The notes beneath the pieces were generated by a model, which ran no database searches, was not told where the DNA came from, and saw nothing but the letters and a program-made list of their open reading frames with translations. Shown in pieces: positions 1-8,517 of a stretch of 64,000 nucleotides of DNA (positions within the stretch are counted from its first letter, which is position 1; the number at the start of each line of letters is the position of its first letter). This DNA comes from a virus: IMG/VR virus record IMGVR_UViG_3300048015_000072, positions 37,057 through 101,056 of that record, one strand, 5' to 3'. The position numbers and the translations under genes were made by a program.

Positions 1-151
1 AGGTGTTAGGATTCAAAACATCACAGAGGCCGTCAAACGCTCCGAACTTAGGGCTAATCCAACTCTCGAGATTGTTAAAACCGAAACCTTTAGCGAAGCA
101 CCGAAGGCTCCAAAACACGCATCCCGTTGGACCCGCTTTGCGGATATGTAA
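1..151 (+). CDS. 3' end of a hypothetical protein (partial)
   Basis: Open frame from base 2 to TAA at 149-151, immediately upstream of the RBS of the next gene. Confidence 0.4.
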   Translation, partial: GVRIQNITEAVKRSELRANPTLEIVKTETFSEAPKAPKHASRWTRFADM

Positions 152-162
152 GAGGGAATTGT

Positions 163-624
163 ATGTATAAATTTGAAAGCAAAATTGGCAATCACTTGGA
201 GATTTCAGTTACGAGCCACTCTCACTCTTTAACTGACGTCATTCAAGCTTTTGAAGACTTCTTGAAAGCTAGCGGATTTGTGTTTGATGGGGGTTTGATT
301 ATTTCCAATTCGGCAGATGATCAAAAAACTAGAATTCGAAACCTCGTAGACCGGGGATATTTCCGAACTGAAGAAGAGTACCACGCGGAAGCATTGAAGC
401 TTTTAGAGAACAAAATCTTGGATGAGGAAAGCAAGCTTGAAGAAGCCTACCGATTTCAAAACGAAAAAGACGATTACGAGGAAGAAATTATCAATGATTT
501 TAAGTCGGAAATTGAAAAACTTGATCTAGCACCAAACTGCGCAGATCCAGTTCAGTTTTGTAGTAATTGCGAATGTGGCAAGAAAGATGCGTTTTTATCA
601 AAACTTGAAGGGATAAAGTCATGA
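163..624 (+). CDS. hypothetical acidic protein with C-terminal Cys cluster
   Basis: ORF 127..624; ATG at 163 follows GAGGG; C-terminal CxxCxC. Confidence 0.6.
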   Translation: MYKFESKIGNHLEISVTSHSHSLTDVIQAFEDFLKASGFVFDGGLIISNSADDQKTRIRNLVDRGYFRTEEEYHAEALKLLENKILDEESKLEEAYRFQNEKDDYEEEIINDFKSEIEKLDLAPNCADPVQFCSNCECGKKDAFLSKLEGIKS

Positions 625-779
625 TTTTTTGGATTGACCTAGAGACAACCGGCCTTGAGATACACGATTACAATGACCATAAATATGTTTCCAAATATTG
701 GGCAGATAAAGCGATTAGCTATGAGGACATAGCCCGCGAAGCCCTCGCAAAACACGGCCAGGGCGCGGGGGAAAAATGA
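621..779 (+). pseudogene. 52-aa ORF beginning with an oligoribonuclease/DEDDh exonuclease-like ExoI motif, truncated or chimeric
   Basis: Translates MIFWIDLETTGLE...IAREALAKHGQGAGEK; ATGA overlaps with both neighbours; too short for a DEDDh domain. Confidence 0.45.
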
Positions 780-1003
780 AAACTGAGCGGCAAATCAAAA
801 ACGCTATTAAAAAGCTACTGGATAACGTTGATGAGGCTCGCGAGATTGCTAGTGAAATTATGGATGCCTTCGGCAAATGTCCGGCTTTTTACGATAAGCA
901 CTGGGAAGCATATTACAAAGAAGAAGCGGCAGAATATTTTGCTTACTATCTCCTTAAAAAGGAATGGACATTTCGAAATGGTAACCGATCTGACTTGCGA
1001 TAA
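776..1003 (+). CDS. hypothetical protein
   Basis: ORF in tightly packed + strand run. Confidence 0.55.
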   Translation: MKTERQIKNAIKKLLDNVDEAREIASEIMDAFGKCPAFYDKHWEAYYKEEAAEYFAYYLLKKEWTFRNGNRSDLR

Positions 1004-1006
1004 CTG

Positions 1007-1246
1007 ATGTCGCAAGAGCAATTAACGCAATTGGAGTGGAATATGGAATTATATAAGGTTAGGCGCTGGAATAAAGAGTTGCAGATCGTTGAATACGTTG
1101 AATTAACAAAAGAAGAGATCGCAAGAATCGCTGATAGTCTTCAAATTAATATGACTGATATAGCCCTGATATTTTTAAACGAAGAACGAAGAAAATTAGG
1201 ACTTACACCATTTTCAAAAGAATCAGTTGCAGAAGACTACTTGTAA
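1007..1246 (+). CDS. hypothetical protein
   Basis: ORF in tightly packed run. Confidence 0.5.
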   Translation: MSQEQLTQLEWNMELYKVRRWNKELQIVEYVELTKEEIARIADSLQINMTDIALIFLNEERRKLGLTPFSKESVAEDYL

Positions 1247-1252
1247 TAACCG

Positions 1253-1561
1253 ATGTTATCAAAACAAAGGAAAACTATGAGCTACACAAGCCAGAGAGAC
1301 AAAGCTTTATATCAATTCGAAAAAAAGCGTTTACATGAATGTGCATTAGATAATTACGGAGATGAAAAAAGTTTTAAATTTGGTTACGACCACGGAGTTT
1401 TTGAAAGCGAGCTGGTTAAAAATATTTTAAGGGCACTTAGTGAATACGCGGAATCCACATGCAACATTCAAAACGGAAGTGTATTCGTTAAGAGCAATGA
1501 AATAGCAAAGAAGGCTCTCGAAGCCTACGAGCAAGCCAAGAAAGAAGCGGTTGTGAAATGA
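1253..1561 (+). CDS. hypothetical protein
   Basis: ORF; ATGA overlap with next gene. Confidence 0.55.
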   Translation: MLSKQRKTMSYTSQRDKALYQFEKKRLHECALDNYGDEKSFKFGYDHGVFESELVKNILRALSEYAESTCNIQNGSVFVKSNEIAKKALEAYEQAKKEAVVK

Positions 1562-2034
1562 AGTACTTATTTAACGGAATCGAAATTGATAGCAATTGTG
1601 GATCACCTAATCTTGGACTACTGCCCGGGGAAGAAATACTGGTAACAGCCGGAGATGTAGTAAATGGTTTTTTTATTCCCGTAAACGGAACCTACAATGT
1701 TAAAAACGACGAATTCGTTCCTGAAATTGAATTTAAAATTGGGGACGGTATCTACAAAGTTCCCAAAAGCCGATATTTGATCACCTCAAGCATGATGGAT
1801 TCGGAAGGCAATGTAGTAAAAACTGAAAGGCTCGCCACAGAAGAAGAGTCTGATCAATTTGACAAAGGAACGCTCGAAGTTGACGTACCCAATCACATTC
1901 CTAATTCCCAAGAAATCGATGTTGCGATCAAAACCATAAACGCTTTGGCTCAGATTTCATCCATGCATGGTTTGCACACCCAGCCGGTGCCCGAACTGAT
2001 AAAAGTCATTTCTTATTTGGAAAGTTTGAAATAA
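1558..2034 (+). CDS. hypothetical protein
   Basis: 158-aa ORF, translationally coupled. Confidence 0.6.
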   Translation: MKYLFNGIEIDSNCGSPNLGLLPGEEILVTAGDVVNGFFIPVNGTYNVKNDEFVPEIEFKIGDGIYKVPKSRYLITSSMMDSEGNVVKTERLATEEESDQFDKGTLEVDVPNHIPNSQEIDVAIKTINALAQISSMHGLHTQPVPELIKVISYLESLK

Positions 2035-2135
2035 ACCTGAAAAAGCCATTAAACGCTCTAATACTCGATTCTTGAGGTTTTGGCCCAGATAGCCAGGTAA
2101 CGCCAGGGGTGTGCTGTTTTACCCAATTCAAGCCC

Positions 2136-2163
2136 TAAAGTTATTCAACCCATTTGCCGAATA
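2136..2163 (+). promoter_or_regulatory. sigma28/FliA-like promoter
   Basis: TAAAG-N15-GCCGAATA; spacer contains TATTCAACCC, a variant of the genome-wide operator. Confidence 0.55.
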
Positions 2164-2186
2164 ATTAAGTAACTGGGGGATAAGAC

Positions 2187-2363
2187 ATGCAAATCAAAAA
2201 GCTCACTAAAGCTCAAGTTGAGGCCCGAAAACAGATTTTTGAAGCTATGGTCAAATCCAAAGGCTTAAAAGCCGCTCGAGCGTATTTCTTGAACCCAAAA
2301 AACCAGGAACTCATAAATACCTTTGCAGAATCATCGTTAATCCAAAGATTGACCTGCAAATAA
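2187..2363 (+). CDS. small basic hypothetical protein (58 aa)
   Basis: MQIKKLTKAQVEARKQ...; GGGGGA RBS; below ORF-track cutoff. Confidence 0.55.
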   Translation: MQIKKLTKAQVEARKQIFEAMVKSKGLKAARAYFLNPKNQELINTFAESSLIQRLTCK

Positions 2364-2384
2364 AATAACCAGGGGATAACTACC

Positions 2385-2567
2385 GTGGAACTAAAAGAAA
2401 CCAAGGCTCAGCTAAAAATTTGGTATTACGACCAAGAAGTCACTGTTATCGGGGAAAGCCTTACAGAATATCTCGTGATATCCAACGACATGCAAGAACT
2501 CACTATCCCAAAGTATCCAGAATTGGAACGTGGGTTAAATAAATACTTCCAAAATTCGAAAACCTAG
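2385..2567 (+). CDS. hypothetical protein
   Basis: GTG start after AGGGG RBS. Confidence 0.5.
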   Translation: MELKETKAQLKIWYYDQEVTVIGESLTEYLVISNDMQELTIPKYPELERGLNKYFQNSKT

Positions 2568-2575
2568 TTTAACCT
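2547..2575 (+). promoter_or_regulatory. sigma70-like promoter for the structured RNA at 2582
   Basis: TTCCAA-N17-TAACCT; +1 predicted near 2582; GGGTTAAATA operator at 2532-2541. Confidence 0.45.
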
Positions 2576-2581
2576 GATCAG

Positions 2582-2735
2582 GTAAAGGCGGCGGGGGAAG
2601 CTATGGTGAGCAAGTGGGGAAACTCAAGATTAGCGCCATTAGAGACACGCAGAGCGATTACTTACGGGTATCAAGATCTTTGAGTCCAAGTACCTAAACA
2701 GAACCCGATAGCCAGAGTCGCGTCTGGCCCTTTAC
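2582..2735 (+). ncRNA. candidate tRNA-like/C4-like structured RNA
   Basis: 7-bp terminal stem GTAAAGG/CCTTTAC stacked on GCCAGA/TCTGGC hairpin; ATGGTG/CGCCAT; TGGG-GAAA-CTCA tetraloop; CGGGT/ACCCG. Confidence 0.5.
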
Positions 2736-2765
2736 GCTTTTAAAATAACCAAAGGAGCAAACGAA

Positions 2766-2984
2766 ATGAAAATTTTGAAAGTATTTAAGGGATTTGGAAA
2801 TCATTCTGTTTGCTATTCGACGATAAACGAAGATGAAAGCTATAACCAAATCGATTGCCAAGCGATTGAAGAATTTTACGATGTTGGTGGTATTCTCAAT
2901 GTTCAAATAACATTTGGAACTGAAGAAGACTCAAAAATTCGACTTGTAAGAATAATCAACCCAGACATTTTGGTATACGAATGA
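2766..2984 (+). CDS. hypothetical protein
   Basis: AAGGAG RBS. Confidence 0.6.
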   Translation: MKILKVFKGFGNHSVCYSTINEDESYNQIDCQAIEEFYDVGGILNVQITFGTEEDSKIRLVRIINPDILVYE

Positions 2985-3497
2985 ATTCCAAAAAATTGCA
3001 AACTTTGGCAGAATATGTCTTTTATGACTACGAATCAGACGAACTGAAAATCATGTTGGTATTCTCCAAAACTAACTTAAAGAAATTCACCAAACATTTT
3101 CCAATAATCAAATTGGGGAAATTTTAACTTCGAGCAATGAATTTTTCGAAATTCTAAAAAATGATTTCAAAAAAGGTAAATATTTAATTTTAATTAACTT
3201 TTCACAATTTAATTTCGGTGAATTGAGAATTGCGCTTGGAGAAAAGCCACGTTGAATGGAATGAAACGTGGCTGGGATTGAGCATTTGATATCAAGAATC
3301 GAGCATGTGAAATCAAATTTAAGCCACGCCAGGGTGGTATCTTTACAAGGTAACGCCAAAGTCGAGTGCTGCGTATGCCGTACCTCAGCCTCTTTTGGAT
3401 TTTCGTTACAGATCTTCTAAAAGTGGTTTTTAATTTTACCCCAAATCGAATAGAATAAAGTAGAACGCCTGGAATCGATTCTAGGTATAATTGGCGT

Positions 3498-3662
3498 ATG
3501 GCAAAGCACAAACGAACCCCGAAACGCAAACCGAAAGTAGAAGAAGCGCCACAAGTTGAATCTAATCAACCTGTTCCAGCATCAATCGATACCGCGGAAG
3601 TAACCGTTGCGATTCCCCCAAAGCTATTTGGATTCTCCAGACCTCGCAGACGTACCAAATAG
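3498..3662 (+). CDS. small basic hypothetical protein (54 aa), probably leaderless
   Basis: MAKHKRTPKRKPK...; TATAAT (3486-3491) 6 nt before ATG, no SD. Confidence 0.5.
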   Translation: MAKHKRTPKRKPKVEEAPQVESNQPVPASIDTAEVTVAIPPKLFGFSRPRRRTK

Positions 3663-3765
3663 GTTTCCAGAAAACTGATGATTATTGGACTTGGGATTCC
3701 TTACTTCGATTTTGCGGAATCATTGAATTTTTAGGTGGGTCAATTAGAGGGGTTTTTTGGACAAA
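3660..3765. promoter_or_regulatory. putative res/recombination site of the adjacent serine recombinase
   Basis: Imperfect inverted repeat TCCAGAAAAC-TGAT-GATTATTGGA (3666-3689) and half-site GGGGTTTTTTGGACA (3749-3763) resembling gix/hix-type sites. Confidence 0.35.
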
Positions 3766-3785
3766 GCCTTTCAAAAGCGATTAGA

Positions 3786-4361
3786 CTATTCGATTCCCTT
3801 TAAAACTGCATAAACGCTCGACCTTGAAACTTTGAGTCTTTGGGCTATTGCCGGAGGGGTCATGCCTTTGGATCGAAGGAAGAGCACTTCTTGTGCGTCT
3901 ACGGTCGATCTGCGTCCTAGCTTGATTCCCTTGGCCTTAGCGTTTCTCAACCCCGCATTTACTCGTTCTTTTATGATCGATGCTTCGAACTCTGCAAACG
4001 CTCCTATGATCTGAGTCATAAGCCGCCCGGTTGAAGTTGTGAGATCTAAATTGTCTTTAAGAGATACGAACTCGATTCCAATTTCTTGAAAGTCCCTAAG
4101 GTTGATTATCAGGTCATTCAGACTTCTGGCGAACCTATCAAGCTTCCAAACTAGCAGGATGTCGAATTCTCTGGAACGGGCTGCTTTAAGCATCTCTTGG
4201 AATGCCGGTCGTTTTGTATTGGTTCCAGTTCGACCCTCGTCGTTGTATACCGCGGTAACTTCCCAACCCCGAAGCTGTGCCATAACCCGGAGTTCTTTGA
4301 TCTGAAGCTCCGTAGATTGGTCTTTAGTTGAAACCCTTGCGTATATTGCAGCTCGTTTCAC
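3786..4361 (-). CDS. serine recombinase, resolvase/invertase (PinE-like) family
   Basis: YARVST with catalytic Ser, VWKLDRFARS, C-terminal HTH; no large-serine-integrase domain. Confidence 0.93.
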   Translation of the reverse strand: MKRAAIYARVSTKDQSTELQIKELRVMAQLRGWEVTAVYNDEGRTGTNTKRPAFQEMLKAARSREFDILLVWKLDRFARSLNDLIINLRDFQEIGIEFVSLKDNLDLTTSTGRLMTQIIGAFAEFEASIIKERVNAGLRNAKAKGIKLGRRSTVDAQEVLFLRSKGMTPPAIAQRLKVSRSSVYAVLKGIE

Positions 4362-4453
4362 TTGATCCCCATTTCTTTACTTTAAGTATCGGCGAAATCA
4401 AGGGGTTAATCAATACCCGGTATCACCTTGAGGCTTATTTAACTCAGTTACCC

Positions 4454-4960
4454 TCAAGCTCCGCGTTTGATCAGGTCTTGCAGTTCCGCCTCATGCTTGG
4501 CCTTTAGATCCCGAATCTTGGATAGCGTGGGTTCTGCAAGCTTCATCAGATGGTTCGTGAGATACCCCTCAATGGCCTTGCGGTGTCCAAAGGTCTTCAA
4601 CAGAAACTCCAATAAAACCCCGTCGTCCGGAATTCGAACATTAAAGGTCAATCCCTTGCCGGTCTTTACTGGAGTCGTCCCGCCGTTGGTTCGACTGCGA
4701 CGTTTTGGAGTAACTTCTCGAACCTGAAGGATCGTGCTCAAGTAAGTCTGGCTGTATCGGATCTTAGTAGAGTTCGGAAGCTTAGTTGCAAATGCTGGAT
4801 CGGATGAAGCCCGCTTTGGAAGATGTCCCCGCTTTTCCATTTTGCTTTTCCAAACCCTAAAAGTGTTTACTGTGGTTTGGAACTTTGAAGCTAAATCTTC
4901 GATTGAGTAAGGATACTTGCTTAAGTCCACGTACTGATTTGTGTTTTTCATGATTATCAC
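4454..4960 (-). CDS. putative DNA-binding protein (HTH-like N-terminus)
   Basis: YSIEDLASKFQTTVNTFRVWK resembles an HTH; basic protein. Confidence 0.5.
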   Translation of the reverse strand: MIIMKNTNQYVDLSKYPYSIEDLASKFQTTVNTFRVWKSKMEKRGHLPKRASSDPAFATKLPNSTKIRYSQTYLSTILQVREVTPKRRSRTNGGTTPVKTGKGLTFNVRIPDDGVLLEFLLKTFGHRKAIEGYLTNHLMKLAEPTLSKIRDLKAKHEAELQDLIKRGA

Positions 4961-5156
4961 CCCTTTATGTAATTGTTATATAAGAGACTCGCCGCGTCAA
5001 GCGCTAACAGTTAAGTTATTCGGTATTTTCACTAGAGGGGACTAAACTCGCTAGGAGCGGGGTGGTACTGGCGGCGGGTTTGAAGGTGGGAACCGCTTTC
5101 CCACTCCTGGCGTTACATGGAATTCAAATCCGAGCGTACGGACCTAATGTTCAAAG

Positions 5157-5744
5157 TTACTCCGGCGTTGCCGCTTGTGGATTCTGAGCTTTGAGACTTA
5201 AATCGTATTTTTGAGACTTGAGCTGTGCCTGGCAGATCGCAAGATCGTCCTGAAAACCATCCTGGCGTTTCATTAGCACTTGCTTGTATCCCAGGAATCG
5301 CTCGGTGCGGTCGTGCAGGTATTCTTCATTGACCCCAACAATCTGACCCTTCTCATCCAAGCCCATCTTAAGCTCGGGTTCCTTATCGGTTATACGGTCC
5401 ATAGGCTCGTTCCAATGTACGTGTCCATCTCCTCCATTGGCTTGGTCTGCTACGTCCGTCCTACAGGCCTTTAAAACCCCGTAAAGCCCAAGTGACCCAT
5501 ACTTACGATTGCCGTAGACGTGGTCCTCAAGCTCGTAGACCTCATACTGAAGTCTTCTGAGTTCCTCGTTCATTTGAGTCTTTCGTTGGACAACCATCAT
5601 GTGGTCCTTTACGCCGATTGAGTCGTCTCCTGATATGGCTGCTTGATGCTCGAGCTTGGTATCGAGGCTCACTGCGCGGTTTGGATTGGATGCGCAAGCT
5701 GTGATTAATGCGCATATGGATGCCGCTACTAAAACCTTTGTCAC
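5157..5744 (-). CDS. lipoprotein (Bdellovibrio-type hypothetical)
   Basis: Lipobox LITAC after hydrophobic segment; EELRRLQYEVYELEDHVYG region recalled from Bdellovibrio hypothetical lipoproteins. Confidence 0.65.
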   Translation of the reverse strand: MTKVLVAASICALITACASNPNRAVSLDTKLEHQAAISGDDSIGVKDHMMVVQRKTQMNEELRRLQYEVYELEDHVYGNRKYGSLGLYGVLKACRTDVADQANGGDGHVHWNEPMDRITDKEPELKMGLDEKGQIVGVNEEYLHDRTERFLGYKQVLMKRQDGFQDDLAICQAQLKSQKYDLSLKAQNPQAATPE

Positions 5745-5777
5745 TACGTCCCCCTTGGTTTTCGTTTAGGTGGGACC

Positions 5778-5806
5778 ATTATCTCTCGAAAGTTAAATAA
5801 CCACAA
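5778..5806 (-). promoter_or_regulatory. sigma70-like promoter with operator in spacer
   Basis: TTGTGG-N17-GATAAT; spacer contains TTATTTAACT. Confidence 0.5.
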
Positions 5807-5815
5807 TGGGTTGGA

Positions 5816-6034
5816 TCATTCTAGGTCGTCTAATTCACCAGGACGAAATACATCCCATTCGAGAACTTGTACCTTAACCCCGGCGGTGTTCTGTATGACT
5901 AGGGCGTTACCTAAAAGGACTACCCCTGGCGTGGACTCCGATTGGTTACGGTCTGTGGTTGAGACTACAGTCCACATCTCGCTTTGGCCCGTGTAGTTGA
6001 ATTCGACTTGGTCTCCAGGTTTGATTGGGTTCAT
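5816..6034 (-). CDS. hypothetical protein (SH3/KOW-like start)
   Basis: IKPGDQVEF; AAGGGG RBS. Confidence 0.5.
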   Translation of the reverse strand: MNPIKPGDQVEFNYTGQSEMWTVVSTTDRNQSESTPGVVLLGNALVIQNTAGVKVQVLEWDVFRPGELDDLE

Positions 6035-6213
6035 TTTTATTTCCCCTTTAAGGCAAATATCAATTTACTAATAGATTTTAATTGGATAGCAGGAGTCGTA
6101 GGCAAGTTTGAAGGTTCTTTAGGAAGTTCTTTCGCTTCCGTCCCTTTACCTATTTGTTTTCTAAATTTCATTTGTTCCTCTTTGCGAATCGTTGGTGTTT
6201 TTTGTTTACCATT

Positions 6214-6432
6214 TCACTTGGTTTCATCTTCTGCCTCCCACCCGCATCCGTATGGCACGACTTGATCAATCTGATGGTGCTTAATGTGGGTCTTTGGGGG
6301 CGGAAGCATTCCCGCGGTTTCTACTTGCTTCAAAATTTGGTTCGCCATAACCGCATGACCTGGGTAGTTTGGGGTAGTTAGATTGGCATTAAGTATTTTA
6401 GTGATAATTTCAAGCATCTCGCTTCGTTTCAT
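6214..6432 (-). CDS. hypothetical phage protein
   Basis: Likely start MKRSEML after GAGGGAG; ORF 6214..6504. Confidence 0.55.
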   Translation of the reverse strand: MKRSEMLEIITKILNANLTTPNYPGHAVMANQILKQVETAGMLPPPKTHIKHHQIDQVVPYGCGWEAEDETK

Positions 6433-6592
6433 CGTATTGACTCCCTCATTTGTTGGTATTCCGTTGATCTTGGTCCTTTTAGGATCACCCTGCACTTGAA
6501 GCAAATTAACCCGCCAAGCTTAATAAATGGAACTCCTTCGGCTTTGCAATGTGGGCATTTGAGCTTCAGCTTTGGGGGACTTGGCTTGGACT

Positions 6593-6838
6593 TCATTTGA
6601 TGCTCTCCCGGTAAGACTTCCAGATCATTTGCCGAACCCGCTCCCGCGTTACGTTATACTGCATGGCGATTCGCTCAATGGTTATGCCGTTAACGTATGC
6701 TTGTGACATGACACATCTGTCATAAAACCGATTCGTTCGGGGGTTGATCCTGTGTTCTACCTTGAAGTCCTTAGGCGGTAAATCAGGTCGTCCAAATAGC
6801 TTCCATATTGCGTGTCGTAGTTTCACTCGTAAGTCCAT
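6593..6838 (-). CDS. sigma-70 region 4-like HTH protein
   Basis: ITIERIAMQYNVTRERVRQMI matches the sigma r4 HTH signature. Confidence 0.7.
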   Translation of the reverse strand: MDLRVKLRHAIWKLFGRPDLPPKDFKVEHRINPRTNRFYDRCVMSQAYVNGITIERIAMQYNVTRERVRQMIWKSYRESIK

Positions 6839-7038
6839 AAAACCTTTTTGGTGAAATGGTGACGTATTTTGACTTCCCCTAAAACTACGATCACCTCGCC
6901 TTTGAGTTGTCCGGCTCTTGAGGATTGATTTCCGAACCTTCCCACTACATGCTCGATTTCATCTAGGCTTAGCCCCGTGAGTTCTTGCGCTTGTTTTAGA
7001 TTCGCTTCGTCTGAAAGGTAAAATTGAGTTTCGAGCAT
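6823..7038 (-). CDS. hypothetical protein
   Basis: Likely start MLETQF within ORF 6823..7119. Confidence 0.45.
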   Translation of the reverse strand: MLETQFYLSDEANLKQAQELTGLSLDEIEHVVGRFGNQSSRAGQLKGEVIVVLGEVKIRHHFTKKVLWTYE

Positions 7039-7039
7039 C

Positions 7040-7291
7040 TTACGCCGCTTTCTTTTGAACGTGGATCTCAACATATGACACTGCAAGGTGCGGATTCTCA
7101 CAATCGCAAGGCGTTCCAATCAAACCCACTGCGGTTCCTGATATAAACGGAGTGTCCGCAATGGACGACTTCCCACAATCTTTGCAGTCGTATTTGAGTT
7201 GCTCGATTCCGGGGTACTTCTTGAGCCATTCCCCGGCGGTTACTTCTGGATACTTGATTTTAGCCATATCAGCTCCCATCTTAAAATCCAA
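7040..7291 (-). CDS. small zinc-finger protein
   Basis: CKDC...PCDC...H. Confidence 0.5.
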   Translation of the reverse strand: MDFKMGADMAKIKYPEVTAGEWLKKYPGIEQLKYDCKDCGKSSIADTPFISGTAVGLIGTPCDCENPHLAVSYVEIHVQKKAA

Positions 7292-8372
7292 AGCTCAAGC
7301 CAACGGTCGCGTTAGGGGAAATGGAATTGCTTTCGAGCCCCGATGCTTTCTTAGCTCCTACTTCGAAGTACCAACCAACGCCTTTGTAGTCCTTGCGGGA
7401 GTCCCATCCGATGCTAAGACCGTAGTAGCTTCCGGAAAATGATTCGGTAGTTGTGGTCGATGATGAGATCCCAAGTGCCCCGTAAGACACGTTGTAGGTC
7501 TTCCGGCTTCCGCTAATAGTACCAACTTCCGGTACTAAGTAGATCCCCGCAACGCCCGTGTAAATGATCGGGGCAACTGAAAAGTCCACAAATGATGAAG
7601 CTCCGGGCTTTTGTTCCGATGTATTTGCCGGTCCACTTGTGGGAACTTCAGACGCGGAGTGAATGATGCGGGAACCCAAGTCGTAACCAAATCCAACCCG
7701 ACCTCGTAAACCAACGTAGTTACTCAATCGGTATTCATAGGAAGCGGATAATTCACCGTTTACTTCACCCGAGCGCGTAGCTTTGATTCCGTTGTAGCCT
7801 ACGTCGAACTTGAGTGAATTGTGGTAGAGCAAGTTGGTGTACTTGTACTCCGAGTCTCTTACAGACTCCGGGCGTACTTCTTCTTTCAAGGTAAGCGCCT
7901 TTGCTTCAATTTCTTTTTGGGCTTGTTCATTCTTTACTTTCAGTTCAGCTAAGTCTTGGAGTCGTGATCGCTCCAAGTCCAAAGTTTTGAGGTGCATTTG
8001 TTGCTGTTCGATTTCTGATTCAACGGCCTGAATATCTACGATACGATCTTTCTTGTCCGTATCCAGGACTTGAAACTCAACTGCGCGGTAGCAGGTGTAC
8101 ATCCCAGCCTTTTCTTCACATTCTGTTCTCAGGGGTCGAACGGCGACGTTCTTGTGTGGGCAAGTGTCAGATTGAGAACAGAGGTTATGGAACTCGTAGG
8201 ATGCGGCGTCTAAGGCGGCAGCCCGTGCGTTTTGTTCGCTGCTTGATTTAGCGACTCCACAGGCGGTTACAGTCTTGCCTGTGACCTGAGATGAGTTGGT
8301 ACGGCAAAGCCAATCGTCGGCTGCGGCGTTCATCGTTGCTAGGCTTAAAATTACCAATATTACTCGTACCAT
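7281..8372 (-). CDS. secreted protein with Cys-rich N-domain, coiled coil and C-terminal outer-membrane beta-barrel
   Basis: Signal peptide (AAA/DD), six Cys, heptad region, amphipathic beta strands ending VGLSFGF (terminal Phe). Confidence 0.65.
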   Translation of the reverse strand: MVRVILVILSLATMNAAADDWLCRTNSSQVTGKTVTACGVAKSSSEQNARAAALDAASYEFHNLCSQSDTCPHKNVAVRPLRTECEEKAGMYTCYRAVEFQVLDTDKKDRIVDIQAVESEIEQQQMHLKTLDLERSRLQDLAELKVKNEQAQKEIEAKALTLKEEVRPESVRDSEYKYTNLLYHNSLKFDVGYNGIKATRSGEVNGELSASYEYRLSNYVGLRGRVGFGYDLGSRIIHSASEVPTSGPANTSEQKPGASSFVDFSVAPIIYTGVAGIYLVPEVGTISGSRKTYNVSYGALGISSSTTTTESFSGSYYGLSIGWDSRKDYKGVGWYFEVGAKKASGLESNSISPNATVGLSFGF

Positions 8373-8412
8373 TCTTAAATCCCCCCGTAGGCTAGTCTGC
8401 CTTACCCCTATC

Positions 8413-8440
8413 TCTTCGTCTAGGGTTAAATAGAACTTAA
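8413..8440 (-). promoter_or_regulatory. sigma28/FliA-like promoter with operator in spacer
   Basis: TTAAG-N15-GACGAAGA on minus strand; GGGTTAAATA at 8423-8432 and 8447-8456. Confidence 0.45.
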
Positions 8441-8517
8441 TACCCTGGGTTAAATAAACTGGTTTTTCGGGATCTTTTTGAGAAATTCCAAAGGTTTAGA
8501 ATCAAATCGAGATGATA

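Noticed and set aside
2594-2712. RNase P RNA (ACAGAACCCG resembles conserved region V)
   Set aside because: No GAGGAAAGUCC, no GGCUUA continuation, and the element is much shorter than known RNase P RNAs.
5117-5133. TGGA-ATTCAAA-TCCG resembling a tRNA-Sec anticodon arm
   Set aside because: No acceptor stem, T arm or CCA could be built around it.
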